NCBI GenBank assembly: GCA_051362555.1
Contig: JBPQGU010000016.1
Span: 1,550,001 to 1,614,000, forward strand
Direction of reading: 5' to 3'
Length of the DNA: 64,000 nt
From: Lingula anatina
Taxonomy: Eukaryota > Animalia > Brachiopoda
Shown here in pieces: positions 1 to 12,828 of the stretch. The first letter of the stretch is position 1, and the number at the start of each line of letters is the position of its first letter. The notes under the pieces were generated by a model. It worked only from the letters and a program-made list of their open reading frames with translations, was not told the origin of the DNA and did no database searches. A program made the translations under genes and the position numbers.

Positions 1-38
1 CTGGTATTCTTATACCCCCATCCTATCAGTCGGCTCCA

Positions 39-164
39 TCACCACGGCACGGACGCTGCACCTGGAATAAATCTTCCAGGTCTGCCTAATCCAGGGTATC
101 CCAATCCCCCATCTACGGCAAGGATTTTCATCGCGAAGAAAACGGCGTATATCAAGACAGCCAT
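39..164 (-). CDS. Possible short secreted peptide or disrupted first exon (MAVLIYAVFFAMKILAVDGGLGYPGLGRPGRFIPGAASVPW*)
   Basis: ATG at 164, hydrophobic leader, TGA at 41-39. The leader aligns with the lipocalin leader (AVFFA at residues 7-11, VxGG at 17-20). It lies at the window edge. Confidence 0.25.
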   Translation of the reverse strand: MAVLIYAVFFAMKILAVDGGLGYPGLGRPGRFIPGAASVPW

Positions 165-1023
165 GGTAGGAGTTGTGGCTTGACCAAACAGAGCGAAGTA
201 GGCCTACTAGATACTTCGTTTATGTGTTTTGGTCTGCTGGCTTTGATTTGAGGTCAACACATGGAAATATATGCATTTATCCCAATCCATTTGGAATATT
301 TTTTGATTTCTCATTTAATTGCTTTGTCGTATAAATGTATACAAGATATGTTTGTTACACGTGTACATTGAAAAAATAGGCACCATTTACTAATTTTGTC
401 TATGATAAAAAGAACCGTGTTTGCTAAATTAAAACATAAATAGCTTTATGCCTCACACTACCCCACGGAATTCCTATTTGTATTTCATCATTAGAAAAAA
501 AAATAATGAAGAGAAAACCTTAACTATTATCTGTTTAATGAGCATGCTTTTTTATTATTTTGTGAGGATCAAGTAACTCACGCTTTAGGGACACATGCCT
601 CTCACGTTTTATTGGCACCCAACAGTTTGTGAACCACAGTAGTAGTACTGTAACGCGCACGAGCTCTTATGTCCGAGAAGTTTGGCGGCTATGACTTCGG
701 TTAAAACAAGGCATTACACGTACATTTGAAGAAATTTTAAGTTTCATGTTTAAGTGTGTTAGAGAGGCAATTCAGCAATTATGGCTTCACAAGATATCAG
801 GTACACTCGTGATTCAAAAGCGTAAATACTATGAAACATGTGGAAACTTAATGTCCATTCTTTAATAATTCTGCTATGACAGTGAATTGTCGGAGAAAAA
901 ACCCTTGATATGCCGGGTATATATACCTGGCTGACATCTGACTTAGGGATGGCAATTTCCCCCTCTAAACCCCTCTCTTCTCTGCAGCCCACTACGATGT
1001 CATTCAGCCTTTATGTTTGTTAA

Positions 1024-1243
1024 GGCCCCTTTACATTGGACGGCGTCCTTTCTGCGTCCACGTAGTGCGGCCCCGTTTGAGAATAAGAAATAAGAATACT
1101 TTACGTGCCGACAACTGGCTGATCATTGAGGATTCACTTAGCATCCAAAGCGATGCTTGTGCCTCCTTTTGACGACCACAGGGATGCCAATTTCATGGTA
1201 GCACAAAGGACGCAGAACGGACGCCGTCCAGTGTAAAGGGGGT
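1024..1243. mobile_element. MITE, PIF/Harbinger-like (~220 bp)
   Basis: TIRs cccctttacattggacggcgtcc / ggacgccgtccagtgtaaagggg, with TAA/TTAA-type flanks and no ORF. Confidence 0.7.
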
Positions 1244-1659
1244 TTAAAGAGTTGACATTAGACGACAGGTCTTTAGTGAAATGATATACTATGTAAGGTC
1301 AGCAGTGATAAAACTTGCTGTATGTTGTCCCAAATCTGGTCTTGAACTGTTGACGTGTAACGTACCTTGATGTGCTTGTGATGTGTCATTTATATAGCCT
1401 TATATCTAGTAGACTTTCATCCATTAATTTATTGCTTATTACGGCTGAACGCAACACAAGTTTATGACACATTAAAGCCTTCTGCACTTTTTTTTTTCAC
1501 CAGGACATCAAACACTAAACCGCACTGTACTTCGCTGAATGCAGGCTGTTGTCGGTTGGTGTGTTTTACGTACTTGTACTTCACCACAGCGTTCCTGATA
1601 CCACACAGAAGAGTAACGTACAGTTAACAAACAAGTTACGGTATAGTTAATGATTGAAT

Positions 1660-2491
1660 ATGAGTAACTGGACGCGCGCTGTTTTCTTTGCTGTCCTTCT
1701 GGGTCACGTTGGAGGAGGGTTTTGGCCGATATGTCCATATGGAATCTTCCCCTGGCTTTGGAAACCCCCAGAAAGATGCGCAGAACCCAGGGGGATGAGG
1801 AACCTGGACATAGCCAAGGTGAGCCTTCTTTTAGAGCAAAAATACACTGTACATAGGGGTATGCGCCAAGGCTGTTTCAATATTAATGAAATATTGTAGA
1901 TGGGCCTTACGTACGTGTAAACAGCCCGCATGTACTAGTACGTACTGGTACCCTGTGATTCAGAGGGTATTGTCGTTAAGGGGGCACCTGTCTCTACAGC
2001 AGAAGGCGTCGATAGTTAAGGCGAGTTCTCATTGTCCCCAGAGGGTGTCACTGGAAACAGTATACTTAGAGAGAGATGCAGAGAGTGGTCGGGTGAGGTA
2101 AAAAAAAAGCCTCTGAAACTCAGGGTGTTACTGGAAACGGCAGAGAGATGCGAAGATTAGACAGGTGAGTTGTCGGTGTCCTCTGCCCGTAGCTAATAAA
2201 TGTGACCTACACGAGGTACAGCTGACTGCATAAACAACGTGAAATTGGGTCAGTGGCATTGCGAAAGAAAAGTAGGTTATCAGGATGAAAATAAAATAAT
2301 TACCAGACACGTGTAAGGTTCAACATTCGGTTCTCCGATCAAGAAGGGGCAATCAACTACTATCCCTCTCAGCACTTGGATTCGACCTTTAATTAAATTT
2401 ATAAAGGATGATTTATTGACCGGTCAGTGTTTAGAACCATCGACCATCTTCCTAAGCTCTGATGAAAGTATGAGCATCAGGTAGGCTCCAG

Positions 2492-2544
<53 letters not shown>

Positions 2545-3983
2545 AAGGGGGTCAAATCGTTTTTATGCTGTATGTAATGTTCTGTAAGAACCTGTGGATG
2601 GCAAAAATAAACATTTGTGGGATTTCCAAACCCAAGGAGTGTACCTTAAATGTGTTAATTTACACACAAGATATTCAAGATGTTTTTATACTGGTTTCAC
2701 AGCTAACTGGTGTGTGGTATGAAATAACCTTCGTGATCGACCCTCCAGTGGCACCAGAACTGATTTTTACGGATTTTTATTTGGATATTCAGCAGAATGA
2801 AGACGGGACCTTGTCAATTAAGATGGAAGGAAGGCCGTACGTTTTTTTTTCATATTTTTTAAAAATATAATTTCATTTAAAAGAAGAAGAAAAACATTAT
2901 GAAATAAGATTATTAATTAGAAATTAGATAACTGAGACAACGATAAACTTTCAACCAGTATCTCGGAATCAAAAATTCAAAATTCAGATTCAAAATCAAT
3001 CGCACAATTCATTTATATTACACCAGGCTTCCCATATACTGGATGTGCACATCTCATGTGCATTAGTCCTACATCAAACAGAATAATTTAGGTATTAATC
3101 ATACACGTGTTTAATGTCCATTTTAGACAAAATGCCAACAACACCGACTGTACAACAGTGAGTGGTTTTGAGCGCCTGGTTCCAACTGCCAGAAGTGGAG
3201 AATACGCTTTTAGTGAGTTGGATTTCTTACTTGTTTTTAGGTTTCAATATTTATGAACAGTTTAATTAAAAGATTTTTAAAAATATGCTAATTAAACTGT
3301 TCATGAATCTTGTTTCTTTTGTTCCATAAAATGAAACTCAGTTTTGACATTTAATTAAAATACACGTCAAAAATAAATTTAAAAAAAATAAATAAATAAA
3401 AATAAAAAATAAAAATAAATGAATAAATGAAAAAAAGAAACAATTATAATAGCACGGCAAATTCACTATCAAAAACCATGTACAGTTTCGAAACAGGATA
3501 TTAGTATTTTGCTTACAACTCGATTCGCACACGTCGTGCTTGTGAAAACAAGCCATAAAAAACAGACAGAATGAACCGCATTAAATCAAAAAGCCATTCT
3601 TTTTTTTTTAATGAACAGTCTTCCAAAATGAATCGTCTGGCGACATTACCTTCGACGAGCACATTGGTGTACCCCTTGAAGACGCCGAGAGCAACGTATA
3701 CATGATTTTGGACACTGACTACACACATTATTTGGTGAACCGATTCTGCCTCGGAAAACAAGCCGACGGGTTGTGTTCAAAAGAGGAAAGCTTCCTCATA
3801 TACAGCCGCCGCCCCACTTTGGCACCGGTCTTCCTCAAGAAAGCCAAGAAGTTGATAACGAAGGACCTTTGTAATTCTCCCAAAGGCTTTGTTATCGTTG
3901 AACACCCAAAAGGTTGGTACAGCCACTTCCGTAGGGCATTTCCAGTCAGGGTCGAACTTTATAAGCAATATTTAGGCCTACTA

Positions 3984-4040
<57 letters not shown>

Positions 4041-4239
4041 GAAACAGGTAAATGAATAAATAAATATACGAGTTCAATTTGACTTTGTGCCTAGAACACC
4101 CCAGGAAAATTCACATTTTTAAACTGGGTGGCTCTCAGACTTACAGTGCAAGTTTATTTACACTGTTGACACTTTTGACTTCCATAAATGTTGACTGCAT
4201 TATTTACATCAAATAATATTTTTTGCAGCATGTGCATGA
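1660..4239 (+). CDS. Lipocalin, apolipoprotein D-like, 227 aa; exons 1660-1818, 2703-2836, 3127-3212, 3619-3912, 4229-4239
   Basis: Signal peptide MSNWTRAVFFAVLLGHVGG; SCR1 NLDIAK|LTGVWYEI preceded by Cys (RCAEP); SCR2 ILDTDY; SCR3 IYSRRP; C-terminal Cys (HPKACA*). All introns are GT-AG with phases 0,2,1,1, giving an open 684-nt CDS. Confidence 0.85.
3983..4038. repeat. (AAT)n microsatellite in the last lipocalin intron
   Basis: Direct reading of the sequence. Confidence 0.95.
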
Positions 4240-5370
4240 AGAAGACCATGCATGCGAACATCCATCACCGGAAGTGTTCAAGAATGCTGCTAACATACTA
4301 CATCTAACAATACCAGTTTATCTTTTATTCCATATGAAGAGGAAACATCTCCATGATATTGCTTAGATGAATTTCAGAACTGTAACTTTAATGCATTTTA
4401 AATAGTTTATTTACTTGTCTATATAAATTTTACGTAAAACCATGATTTAGAAAGTACTGATAAATAAATGCAGTTACCTTGTCTACAAGGTACACAGATA
4501 TGCTAATATTTATTAATGGTATATAAATATTAATCAGTAAAAATTAATGATCAATAAACACCAGCATGATGGTACTAACATCTTTTAATAAAGATTTATC
4601 CAAATACATTTAACGACATTCAAAGAACTATCATGTAAAATTGTGTAATGAACCTTTTTAAACATATGTTAAGAATGTACTTAACTTTTGTAAATTAAGC
4701 ACGCTTAATTCAAGCGTGGACCCGAAACAGGACATTACGTTTTCGACCTACTTAGTGGATAACGCAAACACGGTTCGTGTCAGATTTATATAAGGTCGCA
4801 CAAAGAACCCCCCCACACCCCAAGTCCACATAATACCCAGTAAAACGATTTACTCGACGACGCTCGGTAGCTACATATGAGTATGTCTCCATGCAACTCC
4901 TCTTTTTGATCTTTTATGTCGGACACATTATTTCTGTTGAATTATCAAACCTTCATTAGATTCATGAAAACATTTCATTTTCTACCCATTCATCCATCCA
5001 TCTATTAATGAAGAAGGAAGATATTCTCAGATTATGGTAATCCATTGATAAGTGAAAAATAGCAACAAGTTCAATAATCCATTTATTCAAACAATGATTG
5101 GGCAATTCCAATAATGGCCAATGTGATAATAAATTAATTATTAATTTTTCTGGTTAGTTAGTACTGAAATTATTAATTATATTGGTAAAACTAAAATATG
5201 ACACATAAGTTATTTCAGTATTACACAGTTATAAAAAAAAAAACAAAGTTATGTCTCCCAAATCAAAATCACAGCACATAAATATCACAAATGTTATGAG
5301 ACTTTCATGATTTTTCAATAACTTCAAAGATATCAGCTATCAACAAAAATTAACAATAAAAACGGGATTC

Positions 5371-5634
5371 TAAAAATTACTCTCCTTCAAGCTAAAAAGG
5401 CTAAGATTACAAAATAATGCTAATAACAATTATTATAACAGTATAAAAAAAGGAATTACAGATGTTAGAATTCAGAATCTGCATTGCCTTCTTTATGAAA
5501 CTCTTCTAAAAATCACTCTCATTCAAGTTAAGAAGCTAGGCTAAGATTACAAAATAATGCTAATAGTTTTTATCATAACACTAAAAAAAATGTTAGGATT
5601 CAGAATCTGCATTGCGTTCTTTATGAAACTCTTC
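5371..5634. repeat. Tandem duplication (~130 bp x2) spanning the EPHX1 stop codon and proximal 3' UTR
   Basis: 5371-5506 and 5507-5634 share ggctaagattacaaaataatgctaata and ttcagaatctgcattgc.ttctttatgaaactcttc. Confidence 0.85.
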
Positions 5635-5855
5635 TGCTTTCTCAACAAATTTCCAGATATCTGCAGCCAACAACTGTGGTTCCTCGAAGGCAGCAAAATG
5701 GCCGCCAGTAGGCATGTTTGTATAGTGGATGAGGTGTTTGGCACTGGTGGCGAACTGAGGAGGAGAACAGCCCAGAGCTATTTCATGGGGAAAACACGCT
5801 ACTCCTGTCGGTACACGTATTTTGTACCTGAGCAAAAAGTAAAAATTCGTCAAAA

Positions 5856-5913
<58 letters not shown>

Positions 5914-7949
5914 GGAACAATGTTTTCAAAGTGCATAAATAATTTAATCTGACTCCAAATTTTCATATATTTTTTTGGCATAAAATTTAAGTAAAATGGC
6001 ACTTTTTAAAGTTTAGCATTTTGAGAAAAAGTAAGTAAATAAATACAACAACTGTCAAATTATTTTTTTCTTTGAAAGAAGCAAAAATAAATTGAAACAA
6101 TAAATAAATAAATAAATAAATACATAAATAAATACCTGTCCAAATCCTCATCAAAAGACATCTCCTTGTAGAACCTCATGGAAGATGTGATGGTCTTAGT
6201 GGTCCAGTAGATCATCACATTGGTCAGTAGCTCATCTAGGGTAAACTTCTTTGTCAGACCACCATCAGGAAGGTCTCGGTACCCAGGGTTGGTCCAGGTG
6301 GAGAACTTCTCTAAGATGTATGCCGCAAGACCTACTGGAGAATCTGTGAGGGCGGTTCCTAAATATAACAGAATATCATATATCATTATCCTTAAAGACT
6401 ATTCTAGGTTGGTCCAATGATATGTTTGTAAATGTTCATTAATTAAGTCACTAATGATTTTTCTGTTATCCCAATGAATGTATGTAAGGCTGTAAATAAG
6501 GAGTTTTTGGCAAAGGCTAAGAAAATACTTAAAGACAGTATGGGGGAGGGGGGGTATCCAAGATATATGTGACAAGACCTACTGGGGAATCTGTATGGCC
6601 ATTCCTAAATATAACAGAAAATCATATTTCATCATTAACATCATTAAATACCAATTGGGGGGGAGTCATCTTTGACACATACTGCAAGACCTACTGGGGA
6701 ATATAATTATTATTATTTACTTCATCCATAATAACACTCCTAAGACTCACCCACAGTGTCAGGCTTGGTATGCTGAAGTAGGAAATAGCCTGCCTCATTG
6801 ATGAGGTACACTAACTTATCCCAGATAGGGCTGATCTTTGGTATATCCTGCTCGTCCAAAATTGCAGATGGCGCCACTGCAGCAAGAAGTAACTTCAGGG
6901 GTGTTTTTGTATCCTGGTCCATTTGGAAGAAATTGGAATGCAAGCCTAGCACTGACCTGGCAAAATGTTTAATGATAAATATAATAATTTACAAATTACT
7001 AATTTTAAAGAGAACTAGTGTTTAAAGGGATAAATTTATCATGTTGAACTGATCTGCATAATGTATATCAATATAATTGTTTTCATATTTTAAACAGAAA
7101 TACTTTTTCAAGGGATATATTCATCACACTGCTCAGGATTTTTTTTTCATTCATTCACTACAAGCAAAATAGTAATAAAAATACAAATGATAATAATTCA
7201 CTGTATGGATTCGAAAAAGTTTTGCAAGTTCTTGCAGTATTCAGTTGAAGCAGTACACACTGTGACTATGGTGATATATGCTTTATTTGGGTTTTAGGGG
7301 AGTTTTTCAGTGAGATGAATGTACTATTCTCTCAGTATGTACGTCAAATAACACACTGCCACCCTCTCAAGATATGTGAATTGAACACAGCACTAAGGTT
7401 TAAGAAAAGAAGTTAAAATCAACCACCACCCCCAGGGTCAGCCCAACCCCCTGTTACATTATGCATGTGTACCAAAATGCCTATGCACATCCCTGATGAC
7501 AGGTCTAATGATCAGCAAAATTTCAGCTTCCTAACTCTATGGTCTAGGAGTAAAAAGCTTAAAATACAGTGTGAAATGAATTTAGAATCCCCCCCCCCCC
7601 CGGGGGACAGCTCAACCCCCAGACATAATTAAGTAAAGTTCTGAAGTGTCCTTGCACATCCATGATGACAGCTCTACCAATCACCAAAGTTTCAACTTCC
7701 AAACTACATTTCTTGCAGGAGTTCACAGCAAAAACAATGTGAAATGAGTTAGGAATCAACTCCCCCTCCCTTCCCCCTGTTGCACTCAAATTCTGAAATG
7801 CCCATACACATTCCTGACAATAGGTCTATTAAACCCCTAAGTTTCATCTTTCAAACTCTAGTGACAAGGAGTTAGCAGTAATTACTAAGGCACAGACTCC
7901 CAATGGGCAAGATAACATGGTCCCCTACTTTTATCCCAAAAGTGAAGGG

Positions 7950-7980
<31 letters not shown>

Positions 7981-10238
7981 TATAGTAATACAACTTACTG
8001 AGGATATAAGATAGACATAAACCGAGTAATGACTGCTCCCCAGTCTCCTCCCTGTACATAGTAAGACTTGTGTCCCAGACGCGTCATCAGCTTGTGGAAT
8101 ACCCTTGCTGCTGCTACCTGATTAAAGCCTAGTGAAGGAATGTAACATGTTTAAATGGCAGATCATAAGCATATAAACCACATCTTGATTAGAGCTTAAT
8201 TGAGCACAGGTTAGCAATATGTGTTGATCACAGATATATCTTAACAGATAAATTCTGTGAAATAATGTCACAAAATTAAAATTATTTAGTTCACCACCTC
8301 CTGATGCTACCATGCAATCATTTTCAGGTAACTCTCTGAACACAATTTAAATAAATCATGTCCACTCTGGAAGTCAGTGGCAAAAATGAGCTCGAAGGCA
8401 TGGGAGAATTTGAAAGACCCATGTTTCAAATTGGCTCAAGAACTCTTCAATTTTAATGCCTTCTAGTTACAGATCTGGGACATATAATGATAGAAATAAA
8501 TAGCCATTCACCTTGCTTGTTAGGAGCTTCTGACAAGCCATATCCTGGGATAGATGGTAGCACCAGTTCAAAGACAAGCCCATTTTGAGGTTTGGTTAGC
8601 AGTGGGATCATCTTGTAAAACTCATAAAATGACCCTGGCCATCCATGAACCAGCAAAAGGGGGCGAACAACAACATCTGAAAGAAGAAAGATTTTGAAAA
8701 AATTAATAAAAAATATTGTTTACTTGCAGAACATTTTATGCATATGTGCTTATAAGTTTTAACAGCATGAATAAAGAGTTTCAAAAAAATATATGATAAC
8801 TATTATGTTGATATCTTGATGATAAATAATATTACTTGTGTTCATTCACAATTTCAGAGATGGCTATTATGATGACGTGTACCGTGTACAGTAATTACAA
8901 TAGATTAAATATTTTTAAACAAATTTCTTTTTTTTTTTCAAGTTTAATCTAAGGAAAGTAAAACTGAAAAAAAAATGCTTAATTAAATGTCTGTTGTGCC
9001 TCCACATTTAATTTCTTTTAAATAATTTGACCTTTATCTTTGACATCAGGTTTGATGTGTACAAAGTGGACAAATATCCCCTCAATCTGAGTCTTGTAGT
9101 GCTGGTATTCATTTAGCTTCTGTTCTGTTTTTCTCCAGTCATATTCCTCTCTCCAGTACTTGACAACCTGGAAGAAAATATAATAGAATGGTAGATGATA
9201 GAAAATCAATCAATAAATACATTAATTAATGGAGAATGAAAGAATGAAAGAGCAAATAAACAAGTTCATAAAATTACAAAATTTTAACAATAAATTCACA
9301 AATTAACAGTCGAATTCATACAAAATCTTGATGGCATAATTACTTTTCTTATTGTAGTACTTTTAAAGATATAATTCTCAATTTATGGCTATTTTATACA
9401 AAAAAAAAAAAAAAAAAAAAAATTAAAAAGTATTTCGGAATGTTCACAGAGCATCAATTGAGACTGAATGAAATTGAATATTTTGATATTGTACTAGTAA
9501 TTAAAATTAAAGAGATAACAACTCTTCATTTTAGTAGGCATAGTGCCATAAAAAAGGGTTTAAACTGTGCTGTTCTCATACATACTTATGATGAATGAAT
9601 CCTTACCAGCATTGAAAGTTAGTCATTTATCTAAGTGTGCCTATTTATAAAACCTCCCAAGAGATTATAACAGAGGGTAGCCATCTATAAAAGTCCACAT
9701 GGTCTGATGGCAAGCACAGATTTCAGAATTATTGTGAAAAGCCATGTTTTGATGAAAAATGGAATGTATAACATTTCTATGTGTTCTTTTTAATGCGTTT
9801 ATTGTGGAAGTTTGAATCTCATATGAAAAGTTGTTATAACTTTAAAACTGAGGGGTTGATGGTGATGGTGGTGGTGATGGTGTGTGTGTAGGGGTGGGCA
9901 ATCTGAGAGTTGAATTTATCATTATCTGTGGGTTATCTTACCTCTTTCATATAGTCCACATTAAAGCCGTAACGGAAATTGGCACCTTCCAAACCGTCAA
10001 AATACCTTGTCTTGCTCAGCCTCTGTTTCAAGTCATCAAGTATCACGTCTGACACCATTATCTTGATACCTTTTAAGGTCGGGTCATCTTCTTTCTTCTT
10101 TTCGCCTTTTCCCCACCAACCATCTGGAATCTCTGGGGGGTCAGGGTCGCTGTCATAGAAACCTGTCAACAAAAGGGTGGTTGCTATGGAAACAGCAATG
10201 GGGATCACCACACAACAGCAGCATAATCCACGCTTCAT
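5593..10238 (-). CDS. EPHX1: Microsomal epoxide hydrolase (EPHX1/JHEH family), 463 aa; exons 10238-9942, 9167-9032, 8676-8512, 8128-7999, 6956-6751, 6358-6136, 5827-5593
   Basis: N-terminal membrane anchor, EHN region (LDDLKQRL, FRYGFN), oxyanion HGWP, nucleophile GGDWG, acid FPHE, catalytic GGHFAA. All introns are GT-AG and the phases sum to a 1392-nt open CDS. Confidence 0.95.
7430..7955 (+). mobile_element. Degenerate Helentron/HINE-like element with three internal ~150-bp subunits in an EPHX1 intron
   Basis: Three related units (cacat.c.tga..a.ag.tcta...aa.tttca.ctt..aact...aggagt) near 7486, 7655 and 7807, then a short terminal stem-loop (tcccctacttt...aaagtgaaggga) running into (TAA)n. 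Family assignment is by resemblance only. Confidence 0.4.
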
Positions 10239-11380
10239 CCTGAAATAGAAAAGTGACTCTAAAAGCCAGCCAATAAAAATTATTAAATGCAGAGTAGGAA
10301 TTGGGACTCATGTGTCACTTGATGTTACTCTGATGGTAAAATAGTAGCGGTGAATACTTACATGTACTTTGAATTTGAGAGAGACTTAAATCACTGGACA
10401 TCATATCTTAAAAATCTTGTGGTGATATTACTTTAATTTACTGACCATCATGAAGAAGTAACACTAGAGTCAAGCTAATTAAAGGTTTAACTCTATTGTG
10501 CTCATTTATAATGAGTAACGTCCTAGTTTGTATATGCATTCTAGTATTTATACTTGTATGTAATTAATGTTTTATATTTCCATAGTTACTAGTAGTTGAA
10601 CGTACAAATTGCTATTTATATGTTTATTTATACATTATTTATTGTTTCATTGTATTTGTGTGTTCATTAATGTGTTAGAATAACATAAATGAAACTTTTT
10701 ACAACACCACCCCTCTTTTTTGAACAGATTGTGTAACATGAACACAATGCATGTTTGTTCGCTGCGTTATCAACAGACAATGGTTTGGTGATTCATTGCA
10801 GCATATGGGGTGTTATCTCCTGTCTAAACAGACTGTGACCACACTGGTGTCAGCTCTAGTAACAAAAGGTAACAAACAGATAACAATATAGAGCGTTCTT
10901 TCTGAGCTTAATTGTATATTTATAAATACCCACATAAAGCTATTATTATGTGTACTGTATTTGCATGCACACTCAGCATAATCAGAAAACCAGAAGCCAC
11001 ACCCTCACCAAACATGCATGCGCAGACACCAAACACACAAATTCCCGCCTTAGTTGCTTGATCAGTTTTAAGAATGTATGTCATTATAAATACAATTTGG
11101 AATTCAAGCAAGAAAATGTACTGTATGCGTTAATTTGCAATTTCTATTTACTTACATATCTGCATATCGGAGACCGCATACAGAAATGATAAAGCATTAA
11201 ATCCCGTGGTAATGCAGAGAGAAAGTCAAAAAGTAAGGCCATGACTATAAGTTTTATCACCTGAAGGCTGTACAAATACAAATGCACTAGTGTATTAGTG
11301 TAAATGTACATGTAGTACTGTGAGAGCGGTAGTAGCACCTACCTATTGCATTCACTGTACGACTCTGTCTACGTGCTCAC

Positions 11381-11620
11381 CTTCAGTTCCCTACACGGTT
11401 TAATGTCCCTTTTATTTAGATTTGCAGCATGTTATATATAATCGCTGATAAAGACGTTATGTCAGCCCGACTGTGAGAATTTCAATTACCCCGGGTTAAT
11501 GTGTGGGTCGAGTATCAATGCGACCTTCAAACCGGAAGTTTATGTTTAAGCTAGTTCCCCGCTGTCGTGATTGGTTCTGTGATGCAGGGTCACCGTAATA
11601 ACCTCATACCGCGTCACTTA
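11381..11620 (-). promoter_or_regulatory. Putative EPHX1 non-coding first exon and core promoter
   Basis: The EPHX1 ATG sits 1 nt after an acceptor AG (10241-10240), so an upstream exon is needed. There is a strong minus-strand donor AAG|GTGAGC at 11380, an ETS-type CCGGAAGT at ~11532, a CCAAT box (gattgg) at ~11570 and a CRE-half cgtca at ~11612. Confidence 0.45.
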
Positions 11621-11773
11621 AGGACAACAAAACATATTAAACAAATCAGGCAAAATGGAATGTTTACTCAGTGCCATTTTTTAAAGATTGTTTTCAAGGG
11701 TGTGTATGAGGCCGTGTGTTTATTTTTCTTTTGTGTCGGCCTACAACGTTAACGTACCCAGCGGTGATGCCGT

Positions 11774-12019
11774 CAGTGGCGGATTTTAAGAGGGGGGGGG
11801 GGGCGTTTCTAAATATTATATCTCACCAATATTCCCCTCTTGAAATTAGAATTTTTATTATAGTTCTAAATTATAGTTCTAAACCGCTCTCCAAAACATC
11901 AAAAAAATCTCGGGGTCCTCGAGCAGAACCCCACACCAACGAAGGGAGCGATGGTCGGTTTTGCATCAGAGGCCTGTCGTTCCGGACTCCCCCCTCAAAT
12001 AATCCTGGATCCGCCCCTG
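11774..12019. mobile_element. hAT-like MITE (CAG...CTG termini)
   Basis: cagtggcggattt ... ggatccgcccctg, with G/C-run subterminal tracts; no TSD recognisable. Confidence 0.6.
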
Positions 12020-12632
12020 CTAGTTAGCAGAGTAGTCTGTGGTTAAATAAATCAGATTTTAATTTACATGTACGGGGGGTGGGGGGGGGGGGGTTACGTG
12101 CCCTAGTGCTGATACACTAGTTTATATCACAGATGCGTTTTGTATTTAAAATAAAAAGAAATATAATAAAATACAAATTAATTGATTAATAAAACGTTAT
12201 TTTATTAAATATAATAATCCTGTTTCCAGAAAGGGGCATTTTAAAAACATGCTTATAATTGTATTAGTCCACATTGCTTCAGGTTTTTAATTTGAGCAAA
12301 TGTTCTTTGGCGTAGCAAATGTTCTTTGGCGTTAACAATAGGCCCTACAGATATTTTAATCCAATCATGAGCAGGCCTAGTTACGTGATACTAAAAATAA
12401 AACATGTCGGAAAATACCAGGTCAATACATATTCTATTTCATGTGGGTTTTTCCGTTTCGTATTTGACAGACAAAAGGCTTGTTTTAGCCATACCGGGTA
12501 TATAAGTTTGGTACATGTAAAAGTCATCAGACAAGGAAAACGGGATAGACAGCGACAGTCGATCTTAACAGTAGGCCTACGTAAACCGACACGTCCACTG
12601 TAAGTACATATTTTGGTGTATATATATATATA

Positions 12633-12738
12633 TACGTTATGCGTTCGATGACAACATACATGGTGTGTATATATATACACCATGTATGTTGTCATCGAAC
12701 GCATAACGTACCGATAAATTGGAAAAAAAAAAATAAAA

Positions 12739-12791
<53 letters not shown>

Positions 12792-12828
12792 ATTTACCGG
12801 TACGTTATGCGTTCGATGACAACATACA
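12633..12828. repeat. Three-arm inverted repeat (double palindrome)
   Basis: tacgttatgcgttcgatgacaacataca occurs forward at 12633, reverse-complemented ending at 12710, and forward again at 12801. Confidence 0.9.

Noticed and set aside
2492-2540. Long poly-A tract (also 9400, 18424, 53890, 62403) as retrogene tails
   Set aside because: No adjacent processed coding sequence or TSD, except possibly the Penelope-like fragment; homopolymer lengths are also unreliable.
3913-4055. Poly-Asn C-terminus of ORF 3702-4055
   Set aside because: Read-through into an intron containing (AAT)n; splicing at 3912 gives the expected terminal Cys.
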